This document shows, one piece after another, positions 1-10,444 of a stretch of DNA of 11,564 nucleotides; the first letter of the stretch is position 1, and each line of letters opens with the position of its first letter. This stretch comes from Geosiphon pyriformis uo1 (lineage: Eukaryota; Fungi; Glomeromycota): positions 7,783-19,346 of the forward strand of contig JAAOMT010000589.1 in assembly GCA_016748015.1 (NCBI GenBank), read 5' to 3'. The notes under the pieces were generated by a model that was given only the letters and a program-made list of their open reading frames with translations, searched no databases and was not told the origin of the DNA. A program made the translations under genes and the position numbers.

Positions 1-263
1 GGCTTAACACAAAATTTGAAACCAGATTTCTATTATGTTTATTTTTGTCTAGTTTGCAAAACAGCGAAGATTAAATTATGCCTTATTTCAGGTCTCAGCG
101 GAGATTTTATTCTTGTATTACAATACGCAAATGGAAGTACACTTCGAGACTATTTAAAGAATCATTTTGAATTGCTTGGCATTAGTAAAAAATTGAGCTA
201 GCCAAAAACATAGTCGACGCTATAGCATATTTACATGAAAACAAGATATTTCATAGGGATTTA
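1..263 (+). pseudogene. Protein kinase (tyrosine-kinase-like) fragment, subdomains IV-VIb, frameshifted and truncated
   Basis: Frame 1 gives GLTQ... then, after the acceptor ttatttcag (ends 91), LSGDFILVLQYANGSTLRDYLKNHF. A one-base shift in the A6 run (187-192) continues KIELAKNIVDAIAYLHENKIFHRDL (HRDL = 252-263), followed by donor-like GTGAGT (264-269). No intact DFG/APE exon downstream. The 5' end lies outside the window. Confidence 0.85.
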
Positions 264-646
264 GTGAGTTGCTTGAGAGATGTCATTGGTTTGTGTGCTC
301 ATCTCAAGCGTTTGTTTAAAAAAAAAAGGGATTCAAATTTCGTGTCACGAATATTAAAATGATTATAAGTTTGGACGGTGTATTTTCCAGCATCGATCCC
401 AAATGTTTTTTGTTGAAACAAATTTTTTTAACGAGTGAACAAAAATGAGTATTGTTGAAATTTGGCAATTATTTCAAGATACTTATTGCAAAATGTTATG
501 AATGATTTTTATTTTAGAAAATTTCCAACTTAGAATGTAAGTTAGCAACGTTCAGGATAAAAAAACTTGTATCCAAGAAAACATCTAATTCCTAGATTTG
601 CAAATTAATCATTCATCATTTTATCATGAATAAAGGAATCTTTAAA
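255..646 (+). repeat. Left arm of long inverted repeat, near-identical core (pairs with 11173-11564)
   Basis: Reverse complement of 11173-11564 matches base for base with 9 substitutions and no indels in 392 bp (manual count, ~97.7%). Confidence 0.97.
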
Positions 647-1400
647 GATTCCACACTATCCTTCATAATTGATTATTATTGTTCCATGAGTAAAAATTAT
701 TTGTTATTTTTTTAATATATAGAAATCATCCTGTGACACCTCATCAATATCTTATCTCACTTTATTTAATATTTGTGTAAGAAATTGTATTTTATAGAGA
801 AATAATAATTAAATTACAGGATTTTTTTTTTTTTTTTTGCAAATCATATTTATATAACTTCATTAATTCAATTTAATTTGGTTTCCTAGATTCAAAAATT
901 TTAATCTGAAGTTTTGAAAGAACTCAAAATATCGAATTGTTCCATAAGAAATTATTTCAACATTTCGATTTCGAATTAAATAGTATTTCCAAGACGAGTC
1001 CAATTTTTCTCAAATATATTGTTGGTTTACTTTCTTTTTTTCTTTTGCAATTTTTATTTTATCAATAAAAATTCTATTATCAAAGGGATAAATAATAACA
1101 ATGTGATTCAAAATAAAATAAAAGAGATTGTAGCATATTTAAAAATATTTTGCTCTTGGCGATAATAATTTTGTTTAAAAATCCTTTTCTTAGAAAATAA
1201 TCACGAGATTTGCATATGAGAACTAGGGTATTTGGTTGAATTATCAGATTCGTAATTGACCTGGTTTTTTTTTTAGGTGAATGACGATGAGGTAACACAA
1301 AGTAAGCATTATACATTTTATATTTTGCTTTTTTAATGATACACACAATTTTATCTCGAGCCAAAGTTAATTTATGTCTCTTTAATTTATTTAGATAATA
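647..1400 (+). repeat. Left arm of long inverted repeat, diverged inner part (pairs with ~10445-11172)
   Basis: Colinear blocks continue inward with indels. cactatccttcataattgattattattg (654) pairs with ~11124-11152. gtttcctagattcaaaaattttaatctgaa (881) pairs with ~10780-10810. gatttcgaattaa (967) pairs with 10719-10731. catatgagaactagggta (1213) pairs with ~10520-10537. The match is clear to ~1230 and weak to ~1400. Confidence 0.75.
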
Positions 1401-1831
1401 TATCATAAGGGTGACAAATTCATTTTATGAGTCTAGCTAAAGAAGATATGTGAGACTGAGAATTTGGTGAGTTTGGATTCTTTGAAATTCGATTAATCAC
1501 TTTAGATAGTAAAACTTCTAACAAATCACAATAAATGAATGAGGAAAAAGAAAAAAGTTATCTATTTGTGATAGGATAGTGATAATAAAAAACGGGGACA
1601 AAATTCTTACCTGTTCCATTAGGGTTTCTCATATTTAAATTATTCAAAAATCTTAAAGAGAAACAAGTGGTTCAATACATTGGTTCTTTTCTTTCTTTGG
1701 TTCCTTAGAAATTCTTTGCAATATGGTAGTCATTCACCACTGATAGAATATGAGATTTTTTTAAGAAGAAACTTAAATTTGAGCTTAATACACATGATTA
1801 AGATGAAATTTATTTATTATGAAACATTCAT

Positions 1832-3510
1832 TTATAAATTGAAATTATCCCATCCTTTATTAAATCTCTCTACATTCAATTGATTCAACCGCTTTACTAT
1901 ATCAAATAAGTTGCCCTTCCAGTAATAATCTACACGAACACGGAAAATGTATTTAAATTTAGAGTAGAAAAGATTAGAAAATTCTGTCAACACATCGTAG
2001 TTGACCTCAGAGGCAAAAGTATCAATGCAATTAGTTGTAGGTTTTTCCGTTTTTTTCATAGAATTTTCGACATCTGATTTCTGAGCAGCGATTCTAGAAA
2101 GAAAAGAAATAATTTGAAATTTTATTTCGGGTAAAAGTTTAAAACGTTTTCGAAATTAACAAAAAATCAACTTACGTGTCATCAAGAACTTGCCATCGTA
2201 CACGTCCAAATTTCTGTTTATCGTCTTTAATAAGATCTTGTGCTTTTTCACTCCATTGAATAAAAGCTTTACTGAGCTCGTGAAGAGTTCCGGCATTATA
2301 AGAATAAGTGAAAGATTCGATAAACCAGTCTTTACTGCTTTGGATCCAAGGTTTCAAGTTTGGTGTTTTTTTATATAAAGAATTTCCAAAAAAAATCACT
2401 ATTCTTTGATTCTCTTCAATCATCTCTCTTAATGTTGGCCATTTAAATTCTCTCCCGATTTTTGGCCAAACCATTGAGTGACCAGGATCAATTATAAAGA
2501 ATTGTTCCAATTTTGATTGGATATAGGTTCCTGACACGCTTATATCACCATCGGTATCTTTAAATTCGATTGTGACAATTTCATTAGGATTTGTCTCCAA
2601 AAAATCTCTGATTTGTTTGAAAACTGGATCTAACTCATCACCGAGTGCTCTATAAGGGGTCCGACCATGGCATAAAATAGCTTCATGTTTATCAACGAGA
2701 CAAGTATCAAGATCGAATAATCGAATTCCTAAAAATGTATTCAATGTGAATATACATGTATATAATTTTTTAGCTATATTAAAAAAGAAATGAATAACTT
2801 ACCATCATTCAATTGGGTGGCAATATTGTGGCCAAAATTATTGTTAAAAAGGCAGTTATGGGTCCAAGGGGCAGGAAAATTTCCGCATGCATTTTTGGAC
2901 ACATCACATACCGCTGAACTTAGCCTACATATTGCTTCATTATTATCACAAAATGCCCTATCAATTTTCGAACATCCAAATTGATGTATATTGCAGCCAA
3001 AATCTAAGAATTTCGGGATTTTTTGTTTACAGGCATCTATTTGGGCTTCACAACGAGCCTTTTGGGATGCTAAACATTTTTGTTTTTTTTTATCGCAATC
3101 ATTAGTAAACTCTTTACAATTTAATAAATTTTGTTTGCAGTCAAATTTGAGGTTGTATGCTGCGCTGTTGTGGCTCCCAGGATGTGTCTAAGATGGTAGT
3201 GGGGAAGTATTTTAGCATAAATCTTAAACATCCTTTTCTTACAAAAGGCTTTTTAATAGATGCCCGGGACCCCCAAGTTGAATAATTTCAACAATTTAAG
3301 ACTCACCACTTGGTCATATCTTAAATCACATAGATCTGCGTTGCCATTGCAAACCAATGTTGAATTGTTACTTTTTTCATTAACATTCTGTAGACCCATG
3401 TCCTTCGTTATTAAAGCTGATACGCCTCGTGAGAATATTAGTTGAAGAACGTAAGACAAAATCAATTGATTTAATTTTGACTTTATAAATTGGATGAGTA
3501 AATTTTTCAT
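1832..3510 (-). CDS. PI-PLC X-domain / PLC-like phosphodiesterase (TIM barrel), probably secreted; complement(join(1832..2093,2176..2728,2803..3187,3307..3510)), 467 aa
   Basis: Three GT-AG introns (donors GTGAGT, GTAAGT, GTAAGT) with matching phases 0, 1, 2. Spliced length 1404 nt, no internal stop. Family motifs: CNGNADLCDLRYDQVTHPGSHNS, QLNDGIRLFDLD, LCHG, FLETNPNEIVTIEF, WPTLREMIEENQRIVIF, VDYYWKG...VKRLN. Both catalytic His motifs (HNS, LCH) are present. The N-terminus is moderately hydrophobic and ends ...RGVSA (possible signal peptide). Confidence 0.92.
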
Positions 3511-4385
3511 TTCGTTGAAAAATTTTGGAATATCGTAAAATTTTTTGTTAGCTGTGATAAAGATACTTTTCTCGGAATTTTTGGCAAAATTTGTAGCTTT
3601 CAAATAATGCTGTAAACTTTCGTGATTTTAGCTGAGTAGTACTTTCATTACCAGAATTTTCAGGTTGAACCAAGCCTTTACAAATAATGACCGCTCTTGA
3701 AAAGCATAACCGGTTGAGTAATGTTTAGATCGCTAGGGGCTTTCTTTTTGGGAAAAATTTTACGCCCAATGAACTTGTCTAGATAGAGTAAAGGGGAATT
3801 AATTGAAATCTTTTTAAGTTCCAGTGAAAAAAAAAATTTGACTTTTAGAATTTTTTTCTCAGATAGTTTTTGCAAAAATTATCTAGTTGGTTGAATAATT
3901 ATTTTTATTCTTGTCACTATTACGGGTGATTTTTCTTTATAATATATTAAATTCTCTTGATTAAAACTTTTTGGATAAAAAATATTTCCATAATTCATTT
4001 GAATCTTTTAAATTCAATCAAGACATCAGGCTACCGACGCTTATCGTGGCTTTGAAATTTAAGCAAACTGGTTATGATTTCGAATTTTTTTGGAAAGTTA
4101 AATGAAGGTAGATCATTTTTTTTTTTCAGATGAAATTACCAAGTACAGTAGTTAAATAATCATGAAAATCGGATAAAAAGATTTTTTACTTTGGATCAAA
4201 CTTTTTCAATAAAGTTTTTATATAAATCTATAGTTTTTTTTCTAGAATAATTTATCAAAGAATAATAAAGTTATCTGAGAAAGGATATGAAAACATTTAA
4301 AATAGATGAAATTTTATTTTTAAAAGAATCAAATCTTAATCCTCATCCATTAGATAGAAAGAAGAATTTTAATTATTCAAATATA

Positions 4386-5739
4386 CAGGGGGGTATAAAA
4401 AGTATTCGACACTTAATATAATATATAAAAAAGGCTATATATTGTAATACCATTACCAATTTAAACCATAATTTTTTTTATAATTACTTATAGTTATAAT
4501 TTGCAAATCAACATAAATTGCGTCCTTGTAAAACACAACAGTGGATCATACGCGTATATATAAAATATCAAACATTCTTGTCGTGAAAAAATTTACCGCA
4601 TCAAATGTGTCTTGGAAAAGAACTTTCTGAATATCAAAAAGGAGGGATTATTTCAGCAATAAAGTTAGGACATACAAACAGTGAGATTTCCACGACTATT
4701 GGATGTTCACGTTCTTCTGTAATACGTGTATAGAAGTCATACGAGCTAAAAAAACTTCCTAAAAAACGAACGGGCTGACCACAAATTCTTGACAAACGCG
4801 CACGTGAACAACTCAAATATTCAATAATGGAGAATAAAGAAACCCGCCGCCAAACTCTTTCTCAAATACGATTAAATTTTATTAAAGATACCAACAAATC
4901 TATTTCTATACAAACTATTCGAAATGGATTAGCTCAAGAAGGACTTCGCTCGTGCATTCCTCATCTCAAGCCATTAATTTCCAAATCAAATAAAGAAAAA
5001 CATTTACAATGGGCTCGTACTTATGAAAATTGGACAGTAGAAGATTTTAAACGAGTTGTTTGGTCAGATGAATCTACATATACACAATTTAGAACTACAG
5101 GATTTGGACGTGTATGGCGTAAACCTTCCGAAGAGTTTCATAAGGATTGTATTGCAGCCACAGTTAGAAAAAGCTTTGGTCGCATGTTTTGGGGATGTTT
5201 TTCATGGGTTGGTTTGGGTCCTTTAGTTCCTTTGGTTGGTCATATTACTGGAGTTATACACCGCGAAACCTTGGCTAATTATGCAATTCCTGCGGTAAAA
5301 CTTCATGCAAAAAAAAACCAAAAAAAAGTTTTTTTTTCAGGAAGACAATGCACCAATCCACACATCAAAAGTCGCGAGTTCTTTTCTTACCTCTTCAAAT
5401 GTTGAATTACTTCCTTGGCCAGCACAAAGTCCTGATATTACTCCAATAAAAAATTTTTGGTCATATATTGAAGTTAAAATTCGTCAACGTAATTCACAAC
5501 CCTCAAATATTGTACAATTGAAACAGTGGGTTAAGGAAGAATGGGATGCGATACCTGTAAATTACTATCGTAATTTGATCAAGTCTACGCCACGTCGAGT
5601 TCAAGCTATTCTTGAAGTAAATGGGGGTCAAACAAAATACTAACATTTATTTTAATATAATAATAAAAAATTAACGATTCATAAGTTAATTCTTTTATAT
5701 AACATATTATAAAAGTGTCATATTTTTTATACCCCCCTG
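4386..5739 (+). mobile_element. Tc1/mariner (Tc1-type, DD34E) DNA transposon, full length 1354 bp, inactivated
   Basis: Left TIR CAGGGGGGTATAAAAAGTATTCGACACTT (4386-4414). Right TIR reverse complement CAGGGGGGTATAAAAAATATGACACTT (5713-5739). TA on both sides (4384-4385, 5740-5741). Transposase remnant inside. Confidence 0.96.
4605..5643 (+). pseudogene. Tc1-family transposase pseudogene
   Basis: ATG 4605 (MCLGKELSEYQKGGII..., HTH-like) is in frame with ORF 4827. Stops at 4731 (TAG) and 4776 (TGA, in the GRP motif). Motifs VWSDES, MFWGCFS, FQEDNAPIH, WPAQSPDITPIKNFW, NGGQTKY. Frameshift in the A/T homopolymers at ~5309-5337. The position 34 residues after the second D is K (5449-5451) instead of E. 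Confidence 0.95.
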
Positions 5740-6710
5740 TATGTATATATTGATTTCCCATTGGTGTAAAAAGTGAATGTATTTTTTAAAGATTTAAAAA
5801 GGTTGGAATTGAAACTAAACCTATATTAAATATTTTTTCTAAAATTATAAAGGAATTAGCTTTTAAAAAAATAAATTTACCCGGTAGAAAAGACTCATTA
5901 TTAATCATTGAACAACAAAATCTTTGTACATGTATAAAATGATTGACAAAAAACTTTTCAATTTTTAATACATATATTAAAAAGGGAGTTATACATTGTA
6001 CTTTCGATCTTCATAAAAGAAATTTTTGCCAAAAATTTAACATATAGTCTATAAATAAATTTGATCCTGAGATGCAGTCTGCAATTCTTGTACATTTTAC
6101 ATGTATTTTATAAGTCATTGGACTAAAATTCCCCTTAATATTCAATTACAAGGATTAGTTTTTTTATAACCATTCAAGAATCTTATAAATTTGTGTAATA
6201 CCTAAATGTACCAATACGATACAACCAATTTCGAAAATAATAATTAACGGATAAATATTTTGCAATATTCTCAAACTATAAAAATTTAGTTAATTTTCAA
6301 AAAATTAGGTGATAAGCTTTATGTTCACAATAAGTCATAACTTGAAAATTCAAGAAAACTTAAAGTGTAATGAATAATTTTAATAAAATTAAAATTTCCA
6401 TTCAAGAATGATACATTTTCTATTCAAAACCTGCAATATTTCTCAATGGTCTTAAATGTAAACCTGCACAAATATTTGAATGTATATAGTTACAATGTAT
6501 ATAATCTGGTGAAACTTTTATTTTGAACACGATGGATAATTTCGGCACAAAATGATTAAATACTCTACGTAACAACCGAATTTCTGGTTCAAATAATTAA
6601 ATCTTTTTTAGGAATATCATCAGAAAAATAGAAGCGTACTGCATGCATTAAATATCATAATTAAAGGTTCCTGCATTTTGAAGTTACTGATAAATTTGAT
6701 ATATATTAAT

Positions 6711-6718
6711 TATAAAAA
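6711..6718 (+). promoter_or_regulatory. Candidate TATA box for the 7TM gene
   Basis: TATAAAAA 127 bp upstream of ATG 6838. Weak evidence in such AT-rich DNA. Confidence 0.25.
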
Positions 6719-6837
6719 GGGTTAAAAAGTATTGGAATTTATTATTCAAAGATTAAAATTGAATTTTTTTTTAAAATTATATTCTTCTACACTCCTTAAA
6801 ATCCTTACATGTAGATTCAAAATTATAAAGATTCTAA

Positions 6838-7764
6838 ATGTCTATCGCTTTTATTCTGGTCGTTATCGGTGCCATAGTAGCGATTGGGTGCACATCGATT
6901 ATTGGGTACAAATGTTTGGCCAACTTATCTAGACTAAGGGTAGCATGGTAGGGTTCTAAAGATTATTTTTCGCTTTACAATTATCATGTTTAATTAATCA
7001 TTTCCTTTTTCTTTTTTTTTTAATCAAGTTTCATAGCCAATTTTTTTGTCTGTATCTCGGCTATTTTTCGGCTCTTTCCATTTTACCATATCAAACTTTC
7101 ACCAAAAGTATATTGGTTAACAAATAGTATAACAGACACAGTTCACGATACAATTTTAATCGGTGCCGTTCTTGATATGGGTCGAAAATTTTATTTTAAA
7201 GAACAATGGAACACTCTTTTCTTTAAAATTATAATTTTTTTAACAATTCTTTTCGATTTTTTCAAGATAATTCCTACAATATTATTAATTTTAAACGTAT
7301 ATCCTTACCCTCTTGTTTCAATATACGTAGCACAAAATACTTTTGACGCAATTGTAACTATTTTAGCTTTTATCTATACATTTCGTCCAATCATAAGCGT
7401 ACATATAATTTCATTGTCTAAAGCTAAAAATACAAAGTTTATAGATCCCAGAAGAGCGGCAATTGCTACTTGGTACATGGGAACGCTTGTCCTAATTTTT
7501 ACCATTTATTTAGTTGTTTATGTATTATTTCTTCTACTAGCTGATCGAACAAATCATTTCACAGAGTTAAACGCTTTCGATAGTATACTTCGAATTTCTA
7601 CTACAATTATTATAGCTTTACCACCACCAAAAAGAGTTTTACGACTCCTTAAATCAATAATTATTGATCGTAGACCAATGAATTGGGCTATTCATTCAAG
7701 AGGGGTACTAAGTTCAGGAATTATTCATTGCGACCATTTTGCTGGTCAAGAATATGAATGTTAA
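6838..7764 (+). CDS. Integral membrane protein with about 7 TM helices (GPCR-like topology); join(6838..6947,7029..7764), 281 aa
   Basis: Exon 1 encodes MSIAFILVVIGAIVAIGCTSIIGYKCLANLSRLRVA. Donor GTAGGG at 6948, pyrimidine-rich 81-nt intron, acceptor AAG ending 7028, phase 2. The open frame runs into ORF 7177..7764. Seven hydrophobic segments by eye. Confidence 0.8.
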
Positions 7765-9381
7765 TAATAGAAAAAAATGTTTAGATACCCAATAATTTTT
7801 TTCATACAAATTTTTATATTCAATTCACATAAATTTTACTTTTCAATAGTTTTTTTCTTTTTGTAAAAATATATTACTGGTTATCTAAATTAGAAAAAAA
7901 AATTCTTTGAATATATAACATAATATATAATTAATAAAAAATAAGATTTTTTTTTTACTACACTATTTCATTTTTCTCAATTTATAAAGATTTACCTATA
8001 GAATTATAAACATAAATTTCACTTTTTTCCCTTTTTTTTTATTTCGAATTTTTAATATAAAATTCTTGATAAAAATATATTTTGTGAAAATAATTTTCAG
8101 AGTTTTTTTTTTTTATTGTGGGATAAATCAAATAAACACACACAATATGCATTTCATTAATTATTTTACCATATACGAAAAACGTTTTCAATATAATCGA
8201 TCTTGAAAAAATTATCTTTAAAACTTCATTCGCTTCTTTTCTCATATTTCCAAATAAGAGCTAGTCACAAAGTAAACAACTTCATAATGAGTTTAGAGCG
8301 TTCTATTTAATAAAAAAATGTTCTAAAGGAGTATTCCGTACAATTTGATTCATAAAACTTTTATTGAATATTTTTAGAGTAAATTTTGAAAATTCATTAT
8401 ATACTTTACGCTCGTGACATTTATTGAAACTAATTCACATTTCAATAAACTCAGAACCTTATTATTCTGTTTAATCATGATAGGTTACTATTGTGATCTG
8501 TACCAATGGTGTGACATGTATTTAGTAAGCGAAAACCAGTGAAATGGTTTTTTATAGAGCCCGTTTTCTTGTACGAGTTAAAAAATTTAGTAGATCAAAT
8601 CAGAAATGATTTAAAGCAAGTGGATTAAATTTTTTTTGCCAAGAATTTTATCGTTGCATATTCTGTGAGTAGATCAACCCATTTATGTTACTTTTGGTCA
8701 AAACTGTTGACACGGATAGAAAAGTAGCCAATTATCAATAATATTATCCCACTTTGTAGGTCTATATTATGAAACTTTTTTTTGCAACGTAGATCAGGGA
8801 AATTTGAGTTGATTGAATCAACGATAGATTTTATTTTGTGTTTCTTTATCATTAGGCTTAAATCTTTTGCAGCAAACGAAGAAACAATATTAAAATTAAA
8901 GAAATGTAATCAGAAATTTATGATAAAAGTTAATTTGATTTCAGAAATATAAGAATTATGGTCTTTTTAACAACGAACTTCACAGAAGTGATAAATAATT
9001 TTTGTTGGCTCAGTTGATTGAATTTTACAAAAATGTGGGTGAAATTGGGTTCACCTTTTAGTATGATTCTAAAAATAGCAGAAAAATCTTTTACATGATT
9101 TTTAATTTGGATAATTTATAAAATTATCAACTTTTGAAAAAAGTTTTATAACCCATTTTTGATTAAAATTAGTTCGTTGAAAATTGTGAGATGAGAGACT
9201 TTTTGCTTTTTAACCCAACAAATCTGCTCTCAGTGCGGAAAAACTTAGTTGTACCAAACTTATTATTGAGACTTCTAATTAATATTTGAGAAACATTAAA
9301 AATTTCCTTTTTTAAATTGGCATTAATATGGCGTAAAACAATTTTTTTAACGTGGGAAAGGTTGGTCGAGAAAAAAAAGAA

Positions 9382-9407
9382 ATGATGATGATGATGATGA
9401 TGATGAT
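9382..9407. repeat. (ATG)8 microsatellite
   Basis: Eight perfect ATG units plus AT. Confidence 0.95.
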
Positions 9408-10444
9408 CACTTTAATTTCTCAGCTTTTAGAGTTAACCGGCAAAAACAGAGTTTGTACATCTTTGATTAAGCATATTGAAATAGAGTATTACTCTTTTTA
9501 GGTGATTTGTCAATTTACCCATTGTTACCCTTGGAGATATTCATTTAAGGAGTTTATGGCTTTAAAATCAATAGCTCCGCTTTTTCACAAATTAATTTTA
9601 CCCTCCCAACCAACATATTGACTTTTCTCAAAGAAATACACAATAGTTCAAAAATCCACTTCAGAGTTTCATAAAAAGTTTGGTATACATTATAGTAACT
9701 CAAAGGCCGGCAGATGGTTAAATTGTTTACTTTGTCTGTTTGTTTGTTTTAATTATTTATTTATTTATTTAATTTTCTGTTTTTTTATTTTATTCACCCT
9801 ATCAACAAACAAGGGGGTAAATTCATTAAAATTTTAAATTTAAAACAATCTTATTTGAAGAATTTTTCAAATGAAAAATTTTATATTGTTTATTGTCAGT
9901 TTAGTTAAACTATGAAGAAATCCTGCACTTTAAGAAGGTATTAATTCTTGGCACATGAAAATTTTTAATTAATGATATGAATGGCGATCTATAATATTTC
10001 TTTATAAATTTCAATACATACAATAAATGTTATTTACAATTAAAACCTAACTGATTGAAAAGTTTTTATATTTAATGCATTTTTCTGGATAAAAATAACT
10101 TTAAAAAGGTTTGATTGTATTAAAAATTATTGGTTCTAACTTTAATGAATAGCTACATTTTATTTGTTGTGATAAATAAACATAACTTAAAACTTTAGCT
10201 TTAAATAATGCGTTATTTTGCTTATTCTTTGATTAATACAAAAATAATGTTTAAAAATTACATGAAATTGATATTGTAAACCCTATATATCAAAAGAATT
10301 CATATGGTAACATAAAAAACTAGTAATTTTTAAAATTCAAAACTTTTATATTTATATCTAAGTTTAATAGCTACAATTTTTTGAATACAATATTTAATTT
10401 TTACAAATAAAGTAAACAAGTTATTTTTCTAGTAATCTAAAAAC

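Larger units (their letters stand above)
255..1632 (-). pseudogene. Possible decayed gene of unknown function underlying the left repeat arm
   Basis: ATG at 1632, 22-nt exon, donor GTAAG at 1610, acceptor ttgttAG ending at 1518, phase-compatible (MRNPNGTEVLLSKVINRISKNP...). Later fragment YPFDNRIFIDKIK (1090-1052) shows conservative differences from the right-arm copy. Many stops and frameshifts. No family recognised. Confidence 0.35.

Noticed and set aside
1080-1406. 108-aa minus-strand ORF as a real gene
   Set aside because: Low-complexity composition, no motif, and not kept open in the right-arm copy. At most part of the decayed relic.
2190-3445. Plus-strand ORFs 2190-2378, 2790-2984, 2887-3105, 2991-3191, 3260-3445
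   Set aside because: Antisense shadows of the PLC exons.
5309-5340. Programmed ribosomal frameshift joining the two transposase ORFs
   Set aside because: The element also has two in-frame stops and a lost catalytic Glu, so a homopolymer indel is the simpler explanation.
3678-8245. Short ORFs 3678-3875, 4634-4816, 6732-6932, 8039-8245 (also 1680-1883)
   Set aside because: Chance ORFs in AT-rich DNA, or out-of-frame/antisense overlaps with the transposase and 7TM exon 1.
8970-9222. Short inverted matches (caacgaact/agttcgttg, tttgttgg/ccaacaaa) suggesting a MITE
   Set aside because: Only 8-10 bp, not consistently nested, no TSD.
9510-9825. aatttaccc...gggtaaatt inverted pair around T-rich simple repeats
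   Set aside because: Too short to distinguish from chance, with no supporting TSD or second copy.
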